Shown here: positions 62,347 to 64,000 of the stretch, one piece after another
Position numbering within the stretch: position 1 is the first letter of the stretch
Layout: each line of letters opens with the position of its first letter
Assembly (NCBI GenBank): GCA_041485905.1
Contig: JBGPKK010000003.1
Coordinates: 2,042 to 66,041, forward strand
Length of the DNA: 64,000 nt
Source: Vicinamibacteria bacterium
GTDB taxonomy: Bacteria > Acidobacteriota > Vicinamibacteria > Vicinamibacterales > CAVVIG01
Reading direction: 5' to 3'
The notes under the pieces: model-generated
Seen by the model: only the letters and a program-made list of their open reading frames with translations
Told to the model about the DNA's origin: nothing
Database searches by the model: none
Translations under genes and position numbers: made by a program

Positions 62347-64000
62347 CGCATGATGCAAACGGCCACGCGCGTTGCGCGTCCGCCCTCCGATATCGTCGTG
62401 GTCGCGATCGACGAGCTGTCATTCAGCGAGATCGGGCTGCAATGGCCGTGGCCGCGCCGCCTGCACGCCCAGTTGATCGATGTGCTCGTGCGCGGTGGTG
62501 CGCGCACGATCGCGTTCGACCTGCTGTTCGACGTGCCGAGTACGACGGCCGATGATGAAGCGCTGGCACGCGCGGTGCGGAGCGCGGGAAACGTCGTGCT
62601 CGCGAGCGATCGCGCGGAGGTGAGCGATCGGGCGTACACCGTGCAGCAGTGGAGAGAGCCGATTCCAGTGCTCGGCGAAGCAGCCGCTGCCGTCGGGGCG
62701 GTCGGCATCGACATCGATCCGGACGGCGTGCTGCGCCGCACGGCCGCTACGATCGACGGGCGACCGGCGCTGGCGCTCGCTGTCGCTCGGCGACAGCCGC
62801 ACGCCGCGGCGCCGTGGGATGGCGATCGTCCTCGCTTGATCCACTTCTGCGGCGCGTCGCGACAGGGCATCGTCACGGTCTCGTACTACCAGGCGATTGA
62901 GCCGGGGCTGTTGCCCGCCGGCCTGTTTCGCGATAAGGCCGTCCTGGTGGGCCGGTCGCTCTCCGCTGCGGCTGCGCTGGACGCGCCGGATCATTTCCGC
63001 ACGCCGGTGGCCCTTCGAATGGCCGGCGCCGAAGTGCAGGCGAACCTGCTCGATACGCTGCTTCGCCGCCGCGCAATTGCCGACCCGTTCGGCGAGTATG
63101 GCGCCTTGGTCCTCTGGTCCATCGCGATCGCGACCGTCGCGGCGTTGACCTTCTATCGCCTCGGGCCGCCGGCCGGCGTGGCGACGCTCATCGCGAGCGC
63201 GCTCGTCTTCACCGCCGCCGTCTACGTCGCGCTCTCTGCCTACAATGTGCGAGTGCCGGTTGTCGGCCCCCTGCTGGCCGTTGCCGGCGTGTACGTCTCC
63301 ACCACCACCTACAGGTTCGCGCTCGGACAGCGTGAGCGGCGACTGATCCGACGCGCGTTTCAACACTATGTCGCGCCGGCCATCGTCCAGCAGATGCTCG
63401 ACGACCCGTCGCGACTCAAGCTTGGCGGCGAGGAATGCGAAGTGTCGGTGTTGTTCACCGACCTCGAGGGGTTCACGAGCGTCGCCGAGCGTCTGAAGCC
63501 GGAGGAGCTCCAACGCCGACTGTCGACATACTTCAAAGCGATGATGGACGTCCTGCTCGCCGAGCGAGCCACGCTCGACAAGTTCATCGGTGATGCGATC
63601 ATGGTGTACTTCGGTTGCCCGATTCGCGACGCTGCGCACCCGGTGCAGGCGTGCCGCGCCGCGCTCGCGATGCAGCGCCGTCTCGCCGAGCTCAACGATG
63701 AATGGCGTGGTACCCAGGCGCCCGAGCTCCGCATGCGCATCGGCGTCAACACGGGCGTGGCCGTCGCCGGCAACATGGGCACCGACACGATCTTCAACTA
63801 CACGATCATCGGCGACTGCGTGAACCTCGCCTCGCGGCTCGAGGGCGTGAACAAAGAGTACGGCACGTGGACCATTGTCGGCGCCGAGACCTGGGCGCGC
63901 GTCAATGCACAGTTCGAGGCGAGGGAGCTCGACTGGATTCGGGTCAAAGGCAAGGCACAGCCGATTGCCATTTACGAGCTCATGGCTGCGGCCGGCGAGT
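62347..64000 (+). CDS. CHASE2 sensor domain adenylate/guanylate cyclase (3' end beyond window; N-terminus probably frameshifted)
   Basis: My own translation (the ORF has no stop in the window, so it is absent from the track). CHASE2 motifs: DIVVVAIDELSFSEIGLQWPWPRRLHAQLIDVL..GGARTIAFDLLF. TM cluster follows. Canonical cyclase motifs: VLFTDLEGFTS, FIGDAIMVYFG, RIGVNTGVAVAGNMG, IIGDCVNLASRLEG. The first in-frame ATG is 62347. The expected N-terminal TM helix lies in another frame from about 62259. Confidence 0.82.

Noticed and set aside
1-64000. CRISPR arrays, rRNA genes, prophage or integrase genes
   Set aside because: I saw no regularly spaced direct repeats, no rRNA-like conserved stretches and no integrase, terminase or capsid-like ORFs when reading the window and the ORF track.

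Overview
High-GC bacterial chromosomal window (about 65-70% GC judged by eye). The gene content looks like a soil Acidobacteriota-type genome (repeated carboxypeptidase-regulatory-like domains, ECF sigma pair, RND/TolC pump), but that is inference only. All calls rest on motif-level reading of the supplied ORF translations plus my own reverse translations; no searches were run. No rRNA genes or CRISPR arrays were seen. There is one tRNA-Leu(UAG).

Layout:
- 1-10.5 kb: housekeeping and miscellaneous genes (tig, tRNA-Leu, ECF sigma/anti-sigma, BY-kinase-like ATPase, dienelactone hydrolase, DUF3810, truA, pirin, a large secreted CarboxypepD_reg protein, a degenerate SMP-30 lactonase).
- 10.5-14.3 kb: Sfp-type PPTase, B12-binding radical SAM enzyme and DUF362 protein.
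- 14.3-16.8 kb: a mosaic, visibly lower-GC patch. It starts with an internally deleted IS5-like element that keeps perfect 16-bp terminal inverted repeats and contains a stranded GMC-oxidoreductase fragment.
- 16.9-23 kb: RND/MFP/TolC efflux operon.
- 23.8-27.5 kb: tandem ABC1/UbiB kinases.
- 27.6-49 kb: a large lipid/amino-lipid-type biosynthetic neighbourhood. Members are a desaturase, an epimerase-SCP2 fusion, an LLM oxidoreductase, a lipase, a P450, an ACAD, an SCP2 protein, an APC permease, a FAAL and a molybdopterin oxidoreductase. It also holds an unusual class-III aminotransferase fused to a cyanobacterial-type acyl-ACP reductase domain, two ACPs, an SDR, an alpha-oxoamine synthase and a long GMC oxidase.
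- 50.4-57.8 kb: a candidate nucleotide-signalling conflict/immune locus. A TIR + DUF4062-like triple-module protein is translationally coupled to a membrane-anchored nSTAND1 NTPase-TPR protein. It is divergently paired with a DUF4071-like / SLOG-like / class III cyclase fusion and an MBL hydrolase.
- 58.6-64 kb: a FecR-TPR-beta-barrel protein and a CHASE2 adenylate cyclase. The cyclase's N-terminal TM helix appears split by a 1-nt frameshift.

The best candidates for undescribed biology are the aminotransferase-AAR fusion operon and the TIR/STAND/cyclase locus.
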